Shown here: positions 20,375 to 31,405 of the stretch, piece after piece | Numbering within the stretch: position 1 is the stretch's first letter | How the letters are laid out: every line of letters starts with the position of its first letter | Assembly (NCBI GenBank): GCA_965226555.1 | Contig: CBDDDG010000014.1 | Location: 1-64,000, forward strand | Length of the DNA stretch: 64,000 nucleotides | Source of the DNA: Salinispira sp. | GTDB lineage: Bacteria; Spirochaetota; Spirochaetia; DSM-27196; Salinispiraceae | Reading direction: 5' to 3' | Notes under the pieces: model-generated | What the model was told of the DNA's origin: nothing | Databases searched by the model: none | What the model saw: only the letters and a program-made list of their open reading frames with translations | Made by a program: the position numbers and the translations under genes

Positions 20375-21022
20375 ATGAAAAGGGTACATTTTCGCACATG
20401 GCTGGACAGCGCGCAGTTGCTTCAAGTCAATCCCTTTTCCATGAAAAGCGATTCAGAAGATGAGAATGTTGCGTATGTGGATTCGGATGGAGGAAATTTT
20501 TCTGCATGGTGTCGAGACTACTTTCAGGAAAATTCCGACAACATACATAACCTCAACGAACGCTTAGGCAGCGTACTTCCCGGCTATAAAGGACTTAAAT
20601 CGATAAAATCCGGGAACGATTCTCAGCGTAATCTCTATGCCCGATTTTCCGATGATCAAGCTGATGACGATGGATCATTATATGCATTAAACCAGTTGTC
20701 GGCAGGGCAAAAAATAATAATTTTTATGTACATGTTCATTCTCGGCGGCGAAAATGACCGATTGCTGTTATTGGATGAACCGGACAATTTCCTCATGCTC
20801 CCGGAAATTCAACCCTTAATATTGGATTTGTTAATTAAAAGCGGCGATTCCTTACCGCAAACTGTTGCAATTTCTCATCATCCAGAAGTCATGGACATAA
20901 TTCCTCCCCAAAAAAGGATCTGGCTTGACAGGGAACCTGAACAATTCACCCGTATTATAAAAGTTGAAAACGACACGAATATGACGGTATCCCAACTTTT
21001 TGCCCGAGGATTACTTCCATGA
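20375..21022 (+). pseudogene. C-terminal half of an ABC/AAA_21 ATPase (no Walker A)
   Basis: LSAGQK signature, LLLLDEPDN and SHHP present; N-terminus absent; only a few codons of a possible partner gene follow. Confidence 0.7.
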
Positions 21023-21114
21023 ATTCAAGAAGAATATAAGACTTGTAAGAAATATTGCGAATCTAACAATATAGAATTAAAATCCCTCTTCGCAGCTCCG
21101 GCGCAATTACCGGG

Positions 21115-21771
21115 CTAATTCAGATCGATATGCTCGCCGACTTCAGCAAAATGCACCCACTCACAGAGGTTGGTAACATGATCGCCGAGGCGCTCCATGA
21201 AACGGGTGAGAAAAAGAAGACTCGCTCCCTCCTCAATATTTGCGGGGCTTACCTTCATAAAGTCGATGATTTTTTTGCTGAGAATTTTTTTAAGATCATC
21301 TATTTCATTGTCGAGAGCTGCAGCGCTGCCTGCAAGGGAAATATCCTGATGAACAAAGGCCTTTATTGCAATTTTCAACATATGAATTCCCTTAAGGGCC
21401 ATTTCCCTGATTATGGGAAGGAATTGTTCCTGACCGATGTTGGAGATTTTCCTACTGCCCTTGGCAAGGTGTTTTGCATGGTCGCCAATGCGGGCAATGC
21501 TTGAAACAATTTTTATGCTGCTCACAATTTCCCGCAGGTCGCCAGCCACCGGCTGCTCGGTTGCAATGAGTTTTACACAATAATCGTCAATGGAGGTCTG
21601 AAAGTTATCGAGTTCCCGATCTGCCGCAATTACCTCCTTCGCAAGAGCTGAATCGCCGGTTTCTGCGGCTTCAAGTCCCCGATAAAGCTGTGCAATGGCC
21701 AGCTCAACCATCTTTTGAATGTTATTTTTGAGCGTTTCTAACTCCTGACGATATTTTTCACGAAATTCCAC
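21115..21771 (-). CDS. phoU: phosphate uptake regulator PhoU
   Basis: QPVAGDLR, RIGDHA and ERLGDH motifs. Confidence 0.95.
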   Translation of the reverse strand: MEFREKYRQELETLKNNIQKMVELAIAQLYRGLEAAETGDSALAKEVIAADRELDNFQTSIDDYCVKLIATEQPVAGDLREIVSSIKIVSSIARIGDHAKHLAKGSRKISNIGQEQFLPIIREMALKGIHMLKIAIKAFVHQDISLAGSAAALDNEIDDLKKILSKKIIDFMKVSPANIEEGASLLFLTRFMERLGDHVTNLCEWVHFAEVGEHIDLN

Positions 21772-21845
21772 GGTATCTCCTTTTTCATAATGATGATAAT
21801 GCCCTTCGTCCGAAACGGCCTGAACGAGCGGATCGGCCGGGCGGA

Positions 21846-22613
21846 TCAGCCGAAACGACCTGAAATATAATCTTCTGTTTCCTTATGTTGAGGATTAAAA
21901 AATACCTCGTCAGTTTTTCCGTATTCAACCAGATAGCCTGATCTCTTCTCATCCACGAGAAAAAAGGCAGTCATATCGCTGACCCGGGCTGCCTGCTGCA
22001 TATTGTGCGTAACTATAACGATGGTATAATCTTCCTTCAGCTTATTGATGAGGTCTTCAATTTTGGTAGTTGAAATTGGATCGAGAGCCGATGCCGGCTC
22101 ATCCATGAGGATGATGTTCGGTTTTACCGCAATAGCCCGGGCAATGCACAAACGCTGCTGCTGACCTCCTGAAAGACGGAGGGCATTCTGCTTCAGCTTA
22201 TCCTTTACCTCATCCCAGAGAGCCGCCTGTTTGAGGCTTGTCTCAACCAACTCATCAAGATTTCCCGAAAACCCGTTTATTCTCGCGCCCCAGGCAATGT
22301 TTTCATAAATGCTCTTGGGGAAGGGGTTTGGTTTTTGAAAGACCATCCCGATCTGGCGGCGTATTTCTACCGGATCAACCCTGGAATCGTACATGTTAAC
22401 TCCCCGAAAGAACAGTTTCCCTTCAACGCGTGAACCTGAAATGAGGTCATTCATGCGGTTAATACACCGCAGAACCGTCGATTTTCCACATCCCGAGGGC
22501 CCAATGAAGGCTGTTACCTTATGTTGCTGAATAGATATAGTAACATCTTTCACAGCATGGAAGGTATCATAAAAAACATTCAGATTCTCTGTAACAATTT
22601 CATACTCACTCAT
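21846..22613 (-). CDS. pstB: phosphate ABC ATPase
   Basis: [16 protein letters not shown] and C-terminal YISGRFG. Confidence 0.97.
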   Translation of the reverse strand: MSEYEIVTENLNVFYDTFHAVKDVTISIQQHKVTAFIGPSGCGKSTVLRCINRMNDLISGSRVEGKLFFRGVNMYDSRVDPVEIRRQIGMVFQKPNPFPKSIYENIAWGARINGFSGNLDELVETSLKQAALWDEVKDKLKQNALRLSGGQQQRLCIARAIAVKPNIILMDEPASALDPISTTKIEDLINKLKEDYTIVIVTHNMQQAARVSDMTAFFLVDEKRSGYLVEYGKTDEVFFNPQHKETEDYISGRFG

Positions 22614-22627
22614 TATCCATTCTTCTC

Positions 22628-23881
22628 TTATATCCCGTATTTCTTTTTTTTGCTGATTTTATCTCTCATCAGAACTGCTCCGGCATTGAGTAGGAGCAGA
22701 ATTGTAAGAAGAACAATAATGGCTGCAGCTGCCAGATTTCTGAATTCTTCCTGGGGGTAGGCTGTCCAGCGATAGATCATAATGGGAAGCGTCGTAAATT
22801 TATCGAAAATTGATGTCGGCTCTTGGGTAAGAAAGGCGGAGGCTCCAATGACGACAAGCGGGGCAGTTTCCCCAAGAGCGCGGCTTGTGGCAATAATAGT
22901 ACCGGTAAGTATTCTGTCCATGGAATTCGGAAGTACATGGTGCCATACTGTCTGCCATTTTGTTGCCCCCAAACCAAAGGCTGATTCCCGCAGATTTTGC
23001 GGAACCGCTTTTATGGCTTCCTGAGCATTAATAATGATAACGGGCAAAATGAGAAGACCAAGTGTTAACCCTGCAGACAGGATGGTACGCCCATGTGCCG
23101 ATGCGCCCGCCTCCGGAGGAGCGAAGATGGAACCTGAGGTGATCGGCTCCAATATCCGCACAAAAACTGCCAGTCCGAGGAGTCCGTAAATAATAGACGG
23201 CACTCCCGAAAGATTATAGATATTTACCTGAATAAAACGGTTGAGCTTATTGTCGGGGGCAAATTCTTCAAGATAAATGGCAGCTCCTACTCCAATGGGA
23301 AAGGAAAAAAGAATGGTAATGATGATGACCATAAAAGAACCAAGAATGGGCATACGCAATCCTGCGTGTTCGGGAACATTGGAGAGATCGCCGCTGAGAA
23401 ATTTCAGATTCACCCATGATCTGAACTGTATCCAGCCCTCCGGCAGGTTTTCCTCCTGCCATTGCTGTATCGATTCACGGGCAAATATGGACTCCTGCAA
23501 ATTCCAGCTTTTTTCCACACGGGGAATAACAACCTTATTAATTGTCAGTTGGAGCAGATCATCTCTGCTGCGTTCGGTCAGAGGCTGTTCAAAGGTAAGT
23601 ACGCGGATAAGTCCGCGGCGCATGTTATTGTTGAGAATGTGGAGGAGTTCTGTTTTCTGAAGTTCATGAAGCTGAACAGTTGAACCCGGCCTGACCTGTT
23701 CAACAAGCTGGGCGGGTTCAAGGGTGTTCTTTATTGCCACATAACCGAATGCGCCGTTAACAATACTTAAAATGAGGGTAACAAGGGCAATAATTGATCC
23801 CGCGGTAGCCAGATAAAACACCCTCTTCCAGATAATTCCCCTGCGGGTACGGCGCTGTAATCCGCTGTCGCTATTGTCCAT
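22628..23881 (-). CDS. pstA: phosphate ABC permease
   Basis: [11 protein letters not shown] and RALGETAP motifs. Confidence 0.95.
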   Translation of the reverse strand: MDNSDSGLQRRTRRGIIWKRVFYLATAGSIIALVTLILSIVNGAFGYVAIKNTLEPAQLVEQVRPGSTVQLHELQKTELLHILNNNMRRGLIRVLTFEQPLTERSRDDLLQLTINKVVIPRVEKSWNLQESIFARESIQQWQEENLPEGWIQFRSWVNLKFLSGDLSNVPEHAGLRMPILGSFMVIIITILFSFPIGVGAAIYLEEFAPDNKLNRFIQVNIYNLSGVPSIIYGLLGLAVFVRILEPITSGSIFAPPEAGASAHGRTILSAGLTLGLLILPVIIINAQEAIKAVPQNLRESAFGLGATKWQTVWHHVLPNSMDRILTGTIIATSRALGETAPLVVIGASAFLTQEPTSIFDKFTTLPIMIYRWTAYPQEEFRNLAAAAIIVLLTILLLLNAGAVLMRDKISKKKKYGI

Positions 23882-24819
23882 TATTCATATACCTCCCGAT
23901 AACGTTTTACAATTTTTCGGGAAATAATGTTGAGGATAAGGGTAAAGGTAAAAAGAAGGAGTCCGATGGCGAAGATACTGTTATAATCAATGGTGTTATA
24001 ACTCACATCTCCCCCGCTTATGCGGACAATGTATCCCGTAAGTGTTTCTGCTGCCTTGAAGGGGTTGAGGGTAAATTTAGGGCCTGCTCCTGCCGCCAGA
24101 GCAACAATCATGGTTTCCCCAATTGCTCTGGATATACCAATAATGCATGCCGCCGCAATACCGGACACGGCAGCCGGAACAACTACCTGCAGCGATGTTT
24201 CTATTTTTGTTGCGCCAAGCGCATGAGCGGCTGCTCTCAGACTATCGGGTACCGAACTGAGGGCATCTTCCGCCATTGAAGCGATAAGCGGCAGAATGAG
24301 AATTCCCATAACAATGCCTGCCGATGCGGTATTATATATTTCAACTATATCAGACCCGAAAATAGACTGAAGCAGCGGAGTCATGAAGGTGAGGGCAAAA
24401 TATCCGTACACAACAGTCGGCACACCCGCCAGAACCTCAAGAAGGGGTTTCAAAACGGAGCGCACCCGTTGCGAAGCATATTCACTCAGATATATGGCAA
24501 TGAAAATGCCGGAAGGAACTGCCACCAGCATTGCAATTGAGCTTGTCATGAGGGTCGCGCTAAAGAGCGGAAGAACGCCGATTCTTCCCAGCATGGGCTG
24601 CCATACTGTTCCGGTGAAAAATTCCCCAATGTTAATCTCTTTCCAGAAGAGCAGCGAATCTTTACCGAGTATGATAACAATTCCAAGGGTTGTCAGAACA
24701 GAAAGAACCGTAAGCGCAAACAACACTATCTGAATGATCCGCTCATGAATTCGGGGCTTTCCGGCGAAGGGAATGGGCGGGGTATTTTGCCTGCGATTAA
24801 TACGCGCCTTCCATGGCAT
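23881..24819 (-). CDS. pstC: phosphate ABC permease (start approximate)
   Basis: LAGVPTVVYG and RAIGETM motifs. Confidence 0.93.
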   Translation of the reverse strand: MPWKARINRRQNTPPIPFAGKPRIHERIIQIVLFALTVLSVLTTLGIVIILGKDSLLFWKEINIGEFFTGTVWQPMLGRIGVLPLFSATLMTSSIAMLVAVPSGIFIAIYLSEYASQRVRSVLKPLLEVLAGVPTVVYGYFALTFMTPLLQSIFGSDIVEIYNTASAGIVMGILILPLIASMAEDALSSVPDSLRAAAHALGATKIETSLQVVVPAAVSGIAAACIIGISRAIGETMIVALAAGAGPKFTLNPFKAAETLTGYIVRISGGDVSYNTIDYNSIFAIGLLLFTFTLILNIISRKIVKRYREVYE

Positions 24820-25816
24820 TGAGCCAATTTTGTCTGGCGCGATCCAAATCTGCCCGAAAGTATCCAACATCATCAATAACGGCATCGACATTATTGATAA
24901 AATACGCAACGTAGGCCGCAACCTGCGGTCGGGAACGCATTGTTCCGGCATCTGAGTAGATGAAGAGCGGCCGCGCAAGCGGATACCCCCCACGCGCAGC
25001 ATTCCCGGAAATGCTGTCTGAATCAGCCTTTTCAACTGTCGCAGGATTCGGCATAATACCCTCAACGGAAAGCGCATTCAGCGAATCGCTGTTTTCCGCA
25101 TAATAGGCATAACCGAAGAACCCGACAGCATAGGGATTCCCCGCAACACCCTGAGCGAGAACATTATCATCTTCGCTCTGCTGAGTATTGGCTGCCTGAA
25201 GAATCGGGGCGGGGTCTTCGTCAAAAACAAGCTCAACAAAGAAGTCGAATGTTCCGGAATCGGTACCCGGAATGTAGCGCTGAATGGGCTTCGAAGGCCA
25301 TGAACTGTTAACATCGCTCCAAAAATCCGCAGTTGAAAAAATGCGCTTCAATTCTTCGGCAGTAACATCGGCAACAAAGGTATTTCCCTTTGCAACAACA
25401 ACAGAAAGAGCATCTGTTCCAATACGGAAGGGAATGGGAAGCCTGCCGATTTTTGCGGCGTTTTCAATCTCGCTGTCCGTAATGGCCCGAGATGCATTCG
25501 ATACATCAGTTTCCCCGACAACAGTAAATCGTTCAAAGCCGGCGCCTGAACCTATGACATCGACAGTTATCTGCTCCTGAAGACCGTCTTCCTTATAGCG
25601 CTCAACAATAACAGCCGCGAGCGGAGCAACAGTTGAACTTCCCGCCGTTACGACATCGCCGCGGACAAGCAGGGGGTTAACTCCGGGAAAACCATCATGC
25701 AGCCCATCTTCCATCCACGCGAAGGAATCCATACTATCTGAATTTTCCCTCCGGCCGCCCGCACAAAGCGCGAAAACACTTAAAAAAACAACACATACAG
25801 CAATACATTTCTTCAT
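24797..25816 (-). CDS. pstS: phosphate-binding protein
   Basis: AGSSTV, GSGAG, SGTFDFF and YPLARPLF motifs; signal peptide. Confidence 0.95.
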   Translation of the reverse strand: MKKCIAVCVVFLSVFALCAGGRRENSDSMDSFAWMEDGLHDGFPGVNPLLVRGDVVTAGSSTVAPLAAVIVERYKEDGLQEQITVDVIGSGAGFERFTVVGETDVSNASRAITDSEIENAAKIGRLPIPFRIGTDALSVVVAKGNTFVADVTAEELKRIFSTADFWSDVNSSWPSKPIQRYIPGTDSGTFDFFVELVFDEDPAPILQAANTQQSEDDNVLAQGVAGNPYAVGFFGYAYYAENSDSLNALSVEGIMPNPATVEKADSDSISGNAARGGYPLARPLFIYSDAGTMRSRPQVAAYVAYFINNVDAVIDDVGYFRADLDRARQNWLNAMEGAY

Positions 25817-25891
25817 GCCGCGCCTCCATAATTAATGATGTAAATTGATAATGTTGGTTTGTACTATCCGGCGCCTATAATTGATGATGTT

Positions 25892-25930
25892 TGTTAGGAG
25901 AATAATTATAGATTGTTATTTTTTTGTTAG
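25892..25930 (-). promoter_or_regulatory. Pho-box-like 11 bp-periodic repeats
   Basis: On the minus strand CTAACA/ATAACA/TAATTA/CTAACA recur at exact 11 bp spacing, about 80-115 bp upstream of pstS. Confidence 0.65.
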
Positions 25931-25969
25931 ATGATCGGGGCGTCCTGCGCGGGCGTCCTGCTCATGGTG

Positions 25970-26644
25970 TCAGGAGATGGCGGGCGTCCAGCGCGGGACA
26001 AGCGCTTTGAGGAGTGTCGGCAGATGTTCGCGGGGGAGGATGAGAAGCATTTTCGGTACTGAAAAATGAAGAGCAACCTGCGGAGCGCTGGTCTCATTGG
26101 ATGTGCCGACTCTTGTGTCTGGAGTAAATAGTATGCCGTCAATGGGCCAGCGCAGCCCCCTGCTCCTTCCCCTGACATCCGCCATCGGAAACAACGACAG
26201 CCGCGTACCGACCGGAAGCCGCAGACACATTTCCACAGGAGCAAGACAGCAGATATCATGCTCCCCAATGAGAACACAGCGGAGGCGCGGATAACGCGTC
26301 AGCGTACTGAGCGCGGCAAGTTCATGATCCAGACGGGCTCCAAGCAGACCTATGCCGAGCACAAATTGCGCCTCAACATTCCGGAGAACCTTATCAAAAT
26401 CGGTACTGTTCTGTTCACTAATACGGTGAATACAATGGGGAGGCAGCAGGCGGAGAGTTTCCGCATCTATGGAGTCCATATCGCCAATTACCGCCGCTGG
26501 TTTCCATCCCGCTTTCAGGGCGGCTGCGGCTGCGCCATCGGCAGCAAGAAGCACAGGGGCAATTGCCCGCGCTGTCTCCAGTGCGCCGGGGGGCAGGTAT
26601 CCTCCGCCAATTACTGTTACTCCGCTGTTTTCTTTGATAATCAT
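25970..26644 (-). CDS. thiN: thiamine diphosphokinase
   Basis: AADGA, GDMDS, STDFDK, GARLDH and GTSN motifs. Confidence 0.9.
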   Translation of the reverse strand: MIIKENSGVTVIGGGYLPPGALETARAIAPVLLAADGAAAAALKAGWKPAAVIGDMDSIDAETLRLLPPHCIHRISEQNSTDFDKVLRNVEAQFVLGIGLLGARLDHELAALSTLTRYPRLRCVLIGEHDICCLAPVEMCLRLPVGTRLSLFPMADVRGRSRGLRWPIDGILFTPDTRVGTSNETSAPQVALHFSVPKMLLILPREHLPTLLKALVPRWTPAIS

Positions 26645-26669
26645 GTTGCCGTGGAATTCTCTGCGATGC

Positions 26670-27449
26670 TCATAGAAACTTTTGCATTACAGACAGCGGA
26701 TTTTTGAGGCGCTGTTCCGCCATTTCGCAATATTCAGGGGAAATATCTATACCGACAAAGCGCCTTCCAAGATTTTTTGCCGCTAAAGCTGTTGTTCCCG
26801 AACCCATAAATGGATCCAGAACACTATTAGCCGTAGTTGACGAAATAACTCTCTCAATGAGTTCAACGGGAAATGGCGCCGGATGCTTATTTTTACTTTC
26901 CTGACCAAACTCCCATATATCGCCATGCGCGTTTGCTTTTTCTGCGAGTCTGAATTGCGGTTTTGCTATTACATAAATGACCTCATAGGTTGGAAGAAAA
27001 TATCCCGGATTAAAATTTATACCGCCGTTTCTTCGCCAGATAATAATTTGACGCACGGGAAAACCGGAGACAATGTCACTTCTATCTTGTAATAGTCCGG
27101 CCTGCACTCTCCATTTATGGTTGTAGAAAATTGCGCCGTTCTCCGGAATTATTCGTAACATTTCAGCTAAACAATTCCGTTGCCATTCAACGTATTCATT
27201 ATGCGGCATATTGTCATTGTAGTTGGAGTACCCATGTATTAAGGCGGCGCTTGACCATTTTCCGCCATTGCCGTTTTTCATGCCGTTTCCGGTGGAATTT
27301 TTTAAATTATACGGTGGAGAGGTAACAACTACATCAATACTGCCATCTGGAATCTGTTTCATTACCTGCGCGGCGTTCCCGCAAATAAACCTGTCCAGAA
27401 AATCTTCAGGAAATTGCATGTTGCCATTATGCCGTACTTTCCCACTCAT
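26670..27449 (-). CDS. orphan beta-class N4/N6 DNA methyltransferase
   Basis: TSPPY precedes HPAPFP and DPFMGSGT; no adjacent endonuclease gene. Confidence 0.9.
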   Translation of the reverse strand: MSGKVRHNGNMQFPEDFLDRFICGNAAQVMKQIPDGSIDVVVTSPPYNLKNSTGNGMKNGNGGKWSSAALIHGYSNYNDNMPHNEYVEWQRNCLAEMLRIIPENGAIFYNHKWRVQAGLLQDRSDIVSGFPVRQIIIWRRNGGINFNPGYFLPTYEVIYVIAKPQFRLAEKANAHGDIWEFGQESKNKHPAPFPVELIERVISSTTANSVLDPFMGSGTTALAAKNLGRRFVGIDISPEYCEMAEQRLKNPLSVMQKFL

Positions 27450-27555
27450 GCCAAGCTTTCAGTTTGATATTTCAGCTGTCGCCTATTGCTGATGCGGGGC
27501 TGGTCGGAGGCTTGCGCCTCCTGCTCGCCTATTGCTGAGCCGCATGGGCGAGCTC

Positions 27556-27852
27556 TTACTGCATGGTAAAGGTATGTCCCCCGAAGGTTAAGGTGTTTCC
27601 ACTAATGGTATAGTCGACCTTTCCCGCGGCGAGCAATCCCTCCAATGCTCCTTGGCACTCACTGATCGTGAATGATGTTCCGTCATCGGTGTAATTACAC
27701 ACAGTTATAGCGCCTTCATACACTTCGGTAACAGTTTTATCGGTGAATGTTATTGTGTTCCCGTCTTCTCCCGTCCACACCCCTACTAAGAGCATTGAAC
27801 ATCCTGTTAACAGAGTTATTGCTACAATAACTATAAAAGGTACCTTTTTCAT
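27556..27852 (-). CDS. small lipoprotein (paralog of 58383-58760)
   Basis: Lipobox LLTGC, LVGVW motif and YTISGNTL. Confidence 0.8.
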   Translation of the reverse strand: MKKVPFIVIVAITLLTGCSMLLVGVWTGEDGNTITFTDKTVTEVYEGAITVCNYTDDGTSFTISECQGALEGLLAAGKVDYTISGNTLTFGGHTFTMQ

Positions 27853-27930
27853 ACGGTTACCCTCCTGCAAAATTTTCTATATGCTATTATTTTTTACCGG
27901 AGTATGGCAATAGCGAAAATATTTTTTTAC

Positions 27931-28012
27931 TTGATATTTGTTTCATTCCGATATAGTATATACTGCATGAACAGTTCGGATGTATAATGAAGCATACGAA
28001 CTCATACGAACT
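27931..28012 (+). promoter_or_regulatory. sigma70-like promoter plus operator-like repeats
   Basis: TTGATA-N17-TAGTAT. AGTTCGGATG / CATACGAACT inverted repeat flanks TATAAT, and CATACGAACT is duplicated. Confidence 0.5.
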
Positions 28013-28048
28013 TTATCATAATTAGTATTCTACCATAGGAGGATAAAT

Positions 28049-29977
28049 ATGAGGATGAAATTATTCACCAATGCACGGAGAATTTCCCTTGGGGTTCTGT
28101 TCTGTGCGATCTTTATTGTGCTGGTCGGTGGATGCCCACTGTTGTTCGCGCCGCCTGCCATGTCTGCGCCAACCCTTGAAGTGGGGAACCGTTCACTTGT
28201 TGTATTCTGGACTGGGCCGTCTGCTCTCTGGAATGCGGCAAACAGCAATGCTGATAACGGGCTGAGCGAGTATCACCTGCGTTATCGCGAAGAAGGCAGA
28301 GGGAGCTGGAAGGAGATTACCGAGGGGCTTCCCATTACCGGCGTCCTGAGCCATACCATTACGGGGCTGACAAACGGCGTCAGTTACGAAGTGCAGGCTC
28401 GCGCCGTCAATGCGACCGGTACTGGTGAATGGTCGGCATCATCTGCCGCATTATCGCCTGCCGCCGTTCCCGATGCTCCAACTGCTCTGACACTCGAAGA
28501 GAAGAACAGGAAACTTATTGCGACATGGATGAAACCGATCTACGATGGCGACCGCCCTATTACCGGGTATGAGCTGCAATATCGTACAAGCGGTGGAGTC
28601 TGGCCAGATGACTCCCTCAGCATCAGCGCAGACACAACAAGCCATACCATTACGGAGCTGACAAACGGTACCGAGTATGATGTGCAGGTACGCGCCGTCA
28701 ACGCAGAGGGCGCAGGGAGCTGGTCATCTGTCACCACCTTATCGCCTGCTACCGTTCCCGATGCCCCAACTGCTCTGACTCTCGAACTTCAGAACAAGAA
28801 ACTTGCTGCTGCATGGACAATACCGGACTACGATGGTGACCGCCCTATCACCGGATATACATTACGATATAGTGACGACAGTGGAACCACGTGGAAGGAG
28901 ATTACCTCCGATAACGGCACTGCCACAAGCTATACCATTACCGGCCTAGCAAACCAAACCAGTTATGATGTACAGGTTCGCGCTGTTAACTCGCAGGGTG
29001 AGAGTGACTGGTCTGCATCTGACACGGAAACGCCGCGACTTTATGCGACACATACTCCTGCGGGTACGGCAGAGCTTGTAAACCTGTCGCCTGAAATAGA
29101 AGCCCGTATTGTCGATGAGAGTCTCACCGTTTCTTTGGCTACGGCTACTATCCCGGTCGCAGGGGTTACCGTTAGCTACCCAACAGTTAATGCGAACGGA
29201 GTTATTACCGTTGTCGCAAATACAACGGCAGGAACATACATAGTATCCGGCACAGCTGGAGGAACCGAACAGTTTTCCGAATATTTCTTTGTTACCGTGA
29301 CTCCTCCTCAAGGTAGCGATGGTGGTAAATCTGGACTGAAAGTAAGGGTAACTGCGGGAATAAGTAATTGGGGCGATACTGCCGATCTCAACTACATTAT
29401 TACCTCGGAAGTAACGAACATGTCCAATATTTTCACAGACGTAAGCACATTCAATGGCGATATTTCCGACTGGGATGTCAGATCGGTAACGAATATGGGA
29501 GTTATGTTCAAGAATGCATACGCATTCAATGGCGATATCTCGGACTGGGATGTCAGCTCGGTAACGAATATGTTTGATATGTTCTCTAGCGCACGGGCAT
29601 TCAATAACGATATCTCCGGTTGGGATGTCAGCTCGGTAACGAATATGCAAACTATGTTTGCTTCTCCCAATACTCCTATAGGCATATTCAATGTCGATAT
29701 CTCCGACTGGAATGTCAGCTCGTTACAGGATATGAGCGGTATGTTTGGTTATTCAAGAAATTTCAATCAGGATCTTGATGCATGGAAGGATCATTGGACG
29801 CTTGAAGATGGCAAATATAAAGTACCAGATGGAACTTTTGACTCTATGGGGAACCCCAACCTTGTGGAAATTATAGACGGCAATATGTTTTTGGGATCCG
29901 GCGTGGTGACGAATACGGACGGGTCGGATATGAATACGCCTCAGGGAGTGAGTGCTCCAAGTTGGTATACACCATAA
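28049..29977 (+). CDS. surface lipoprotein: 3x fibronectin III + BspA/DUF285 repeats
   Basis: Lipobox VGGC, YEVQARAVN FN3 motifs and 25 aa FNGDISxWDVSSVTNM repeats. Confidence 0.9.
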   Translation: MRMKLFTNARRISLGVLFCAIFIVLVGGCPLLFAPPAMSAPTLEVGNRSLVVFWTGPSALWNAANSNADNGLSEYHLRYREEGRGSWKEITEGLPITGVLSHTITGLTNGVSYEVQARAVNATGTGEWSASSAALSPAAVPDAPTALTLEEKNRKLIATWMKPIYDGDRPITGYELQYRTSGGVWPDDSLSISADTTSHTITELTNGTEYDVQVRAVNAEGAGSWSSVTTLSPATVPDAPTALTLELQNKKLAAAWTIPDYDGDRPITGYTLRYSDDSGTTWKEITSDNGTATSYTITGLANQTSYDVQVRAVNSQGESDWSASDTETPRLYATHTPAGTAELVNLSPEIEARIVDESLTVSLATATIPVAGVTVSYPTVNANGVITVVANTTAGTYIVSGTAGGTEQFSEYFFVTVTPPQGSDGGKSGLKVRVTAGISNWGDTADLNYIITSEVTNMSNIFTDVSTFNGDISDWDVRSVTNMGVMFKNAYAFNGDISDWDVSSVTNMFDMFSSARAFNNDISGWDVSSVTNMQTMFASPNTPIGIFNVDISDWNVSSLQDMSGMFGYSRNFNQDLDAWKDHWTLEDGKYKVPDGTFDSMGNPNLVEIIDGNMFLGSGVVTNTDGSDMNTPQGVSAPSWYTP

Positions 29978-30072
29978 CGAACCATTAACGAGTTGCAATT
30001 CAACTCAGGCAGGCACGGGGTGCTGAGCACCGACCAGCCCGGACGCATGGCGAGCAGGAGGCAGGAATAACA

Positions 30073-31368
30073 ATGAGCACGAAGAACATTGCGGAAAAAG
30101 CACAATCAACAGGCAAAATACTTCGCGGTCTGAATGAGAACGACAAAAATGCAGCTCTCACGGCGATAATGAAGGGACTCCGGACACATGCCGGCGACAT
30201 TTTTGCCGCTAATACGAAGGACCTTGAGCGCGGCGAAAACCTTTCGGCACCCTTGAAAAAGCGGCTGAAATTCCAGGAAGCAAAACTCAATGAAACATTG
30301 GCGGGCATCGCTGCCCTTATCGACATTCCCGATCCAATAGGGGAAATTCTGAGCGCCCGGGAACTTTCGCCGGGCTTGAATCTGTACCAGGTCCGCTGCC
30401 CCATTGGTCTTATCGCCATGATCTTTGAATCGCGCCCCGATGCGGCAGTTCAAATGAGCTGCCTTGCCCTGAAAAGCGGTAACAGCATTCTTCTCAAGGG
30501 GGGGAGCGAGGCGCGGGAAAGCGTGAAAATACTCACCACTATCATTCACGACTCCGCTGTTTCGGCGGGCTTTCCGGCAGGCTGGCTGGGACGCTTCGAG
30601 CGGCGCGAAGAAATTGCCGACATTCTCAATTTGGATCATATCATTGATCTCATTATTCCCCGCGGTTCCAATGAATTTATCCGCTATATCATGGATAACA
30701 GCCGCATTCCCGTTCTCGGACATGCCGATGGTATCTGTCATCTCTTTATTGATGATGATGCCGATGTGAACATGGCCCACACACTAATAATCGATTCAAA
30801 AACCCAGTACACCGCCGTGTGTAATGCTCTTGAAACCCTGCTTATTCATCGGGACATTGCCCCGCAGCTTCTCCCTGAGCTGGCAGAGCGGCTGCAGAAA
30901 AAATCGGTTGAATTGCGCGGCTGCAAACGGAGCAAAGCCATTCTACCGAATATCACACCTGCGACAGAAGACGATTGGTCTACCGAGTATCTTGATACTA
31001 TTTTATCAATAAAGATTGTTGACTCTCTTCAGGAAGCGGCTGCGCATATTAATTGTTACGGATCAGGACATACTGACGGTATAGTCGGCAATAATGCCGA
31101 TCATGCCGCTCTGTTCATGAAGATGGTCGATACTGCCAATGCCTTCTGGAACTGCTCGACCCGATTTTCCGATGGCTTCAGATATGGACTCGGCGCTGAG
31201 GTTGGTATCAGCACACAGAAAATTCACGCGCGCGGCCCTGTCGGAATGGAGGGGCTTACGACCTATCAGTGGCAGCTCATCGGATCGGGAAATTATGTTG
31301 CCGCCGGAGAAACATTCACGCATAAAAACATCGACCCCGCGCAATACCCCTTTGCACAGCGCAATTAA
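30073..31368 (+). CDS. proA: gamma-glutamyl phosphate reductase
   Basis: FESRP, CNALETLL and GISTQKIHARGPVG motifs. Confidence 0.97.
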   Translation: MSTKNIAEKAQSTGKILRGLNENDKNAALTAIMKGLRTHAGDIFAANTKDLERGENLSAPLKKRLKFQEAKLNETLAGIAALIDIPDPIGEILSARELSPGLNLYQVRCPIGLIAMIFESRPDAAVQMSCLALKSGNSILLKGGSEARESVKILTTIIHDSAVSAGFPAGWLGRFERREEIADILNLDHIIDLIIPRGSNEFIRYIMDNSRIPVLGHADGICHLFIDDDADVNMAHTLIIDSKTQYTAVCNALETLLIHRDIAPQLLPELAERLQKKSVELRGCKRSKAILPNITPATEDDWSTEYLDTILSIKIVDSLQEAAAHINCYGSGHTDGIVGNNADHAALFMKMVDTANAFWNCSTRFSDGFRYGLGAEVGISTQKIHARGPVGMEGLTTYQWQLIGSGNYVAAGETFTHKNIDPAQYPFAQRN

Positions 31369-31405
31369 CCGCGCAAAGCCGCAAACTGCGGGCGCAATCT
31401 CACTG

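Noticed and set aside
29400..29760. 75 bp repeats in FN3-BspA genes as CRISPR or DGR template/variable repeats
   Set aside because: They are in-frame coding repeats, no reverse transcriptase is in the window, and no adenine-specific pattern was evident.
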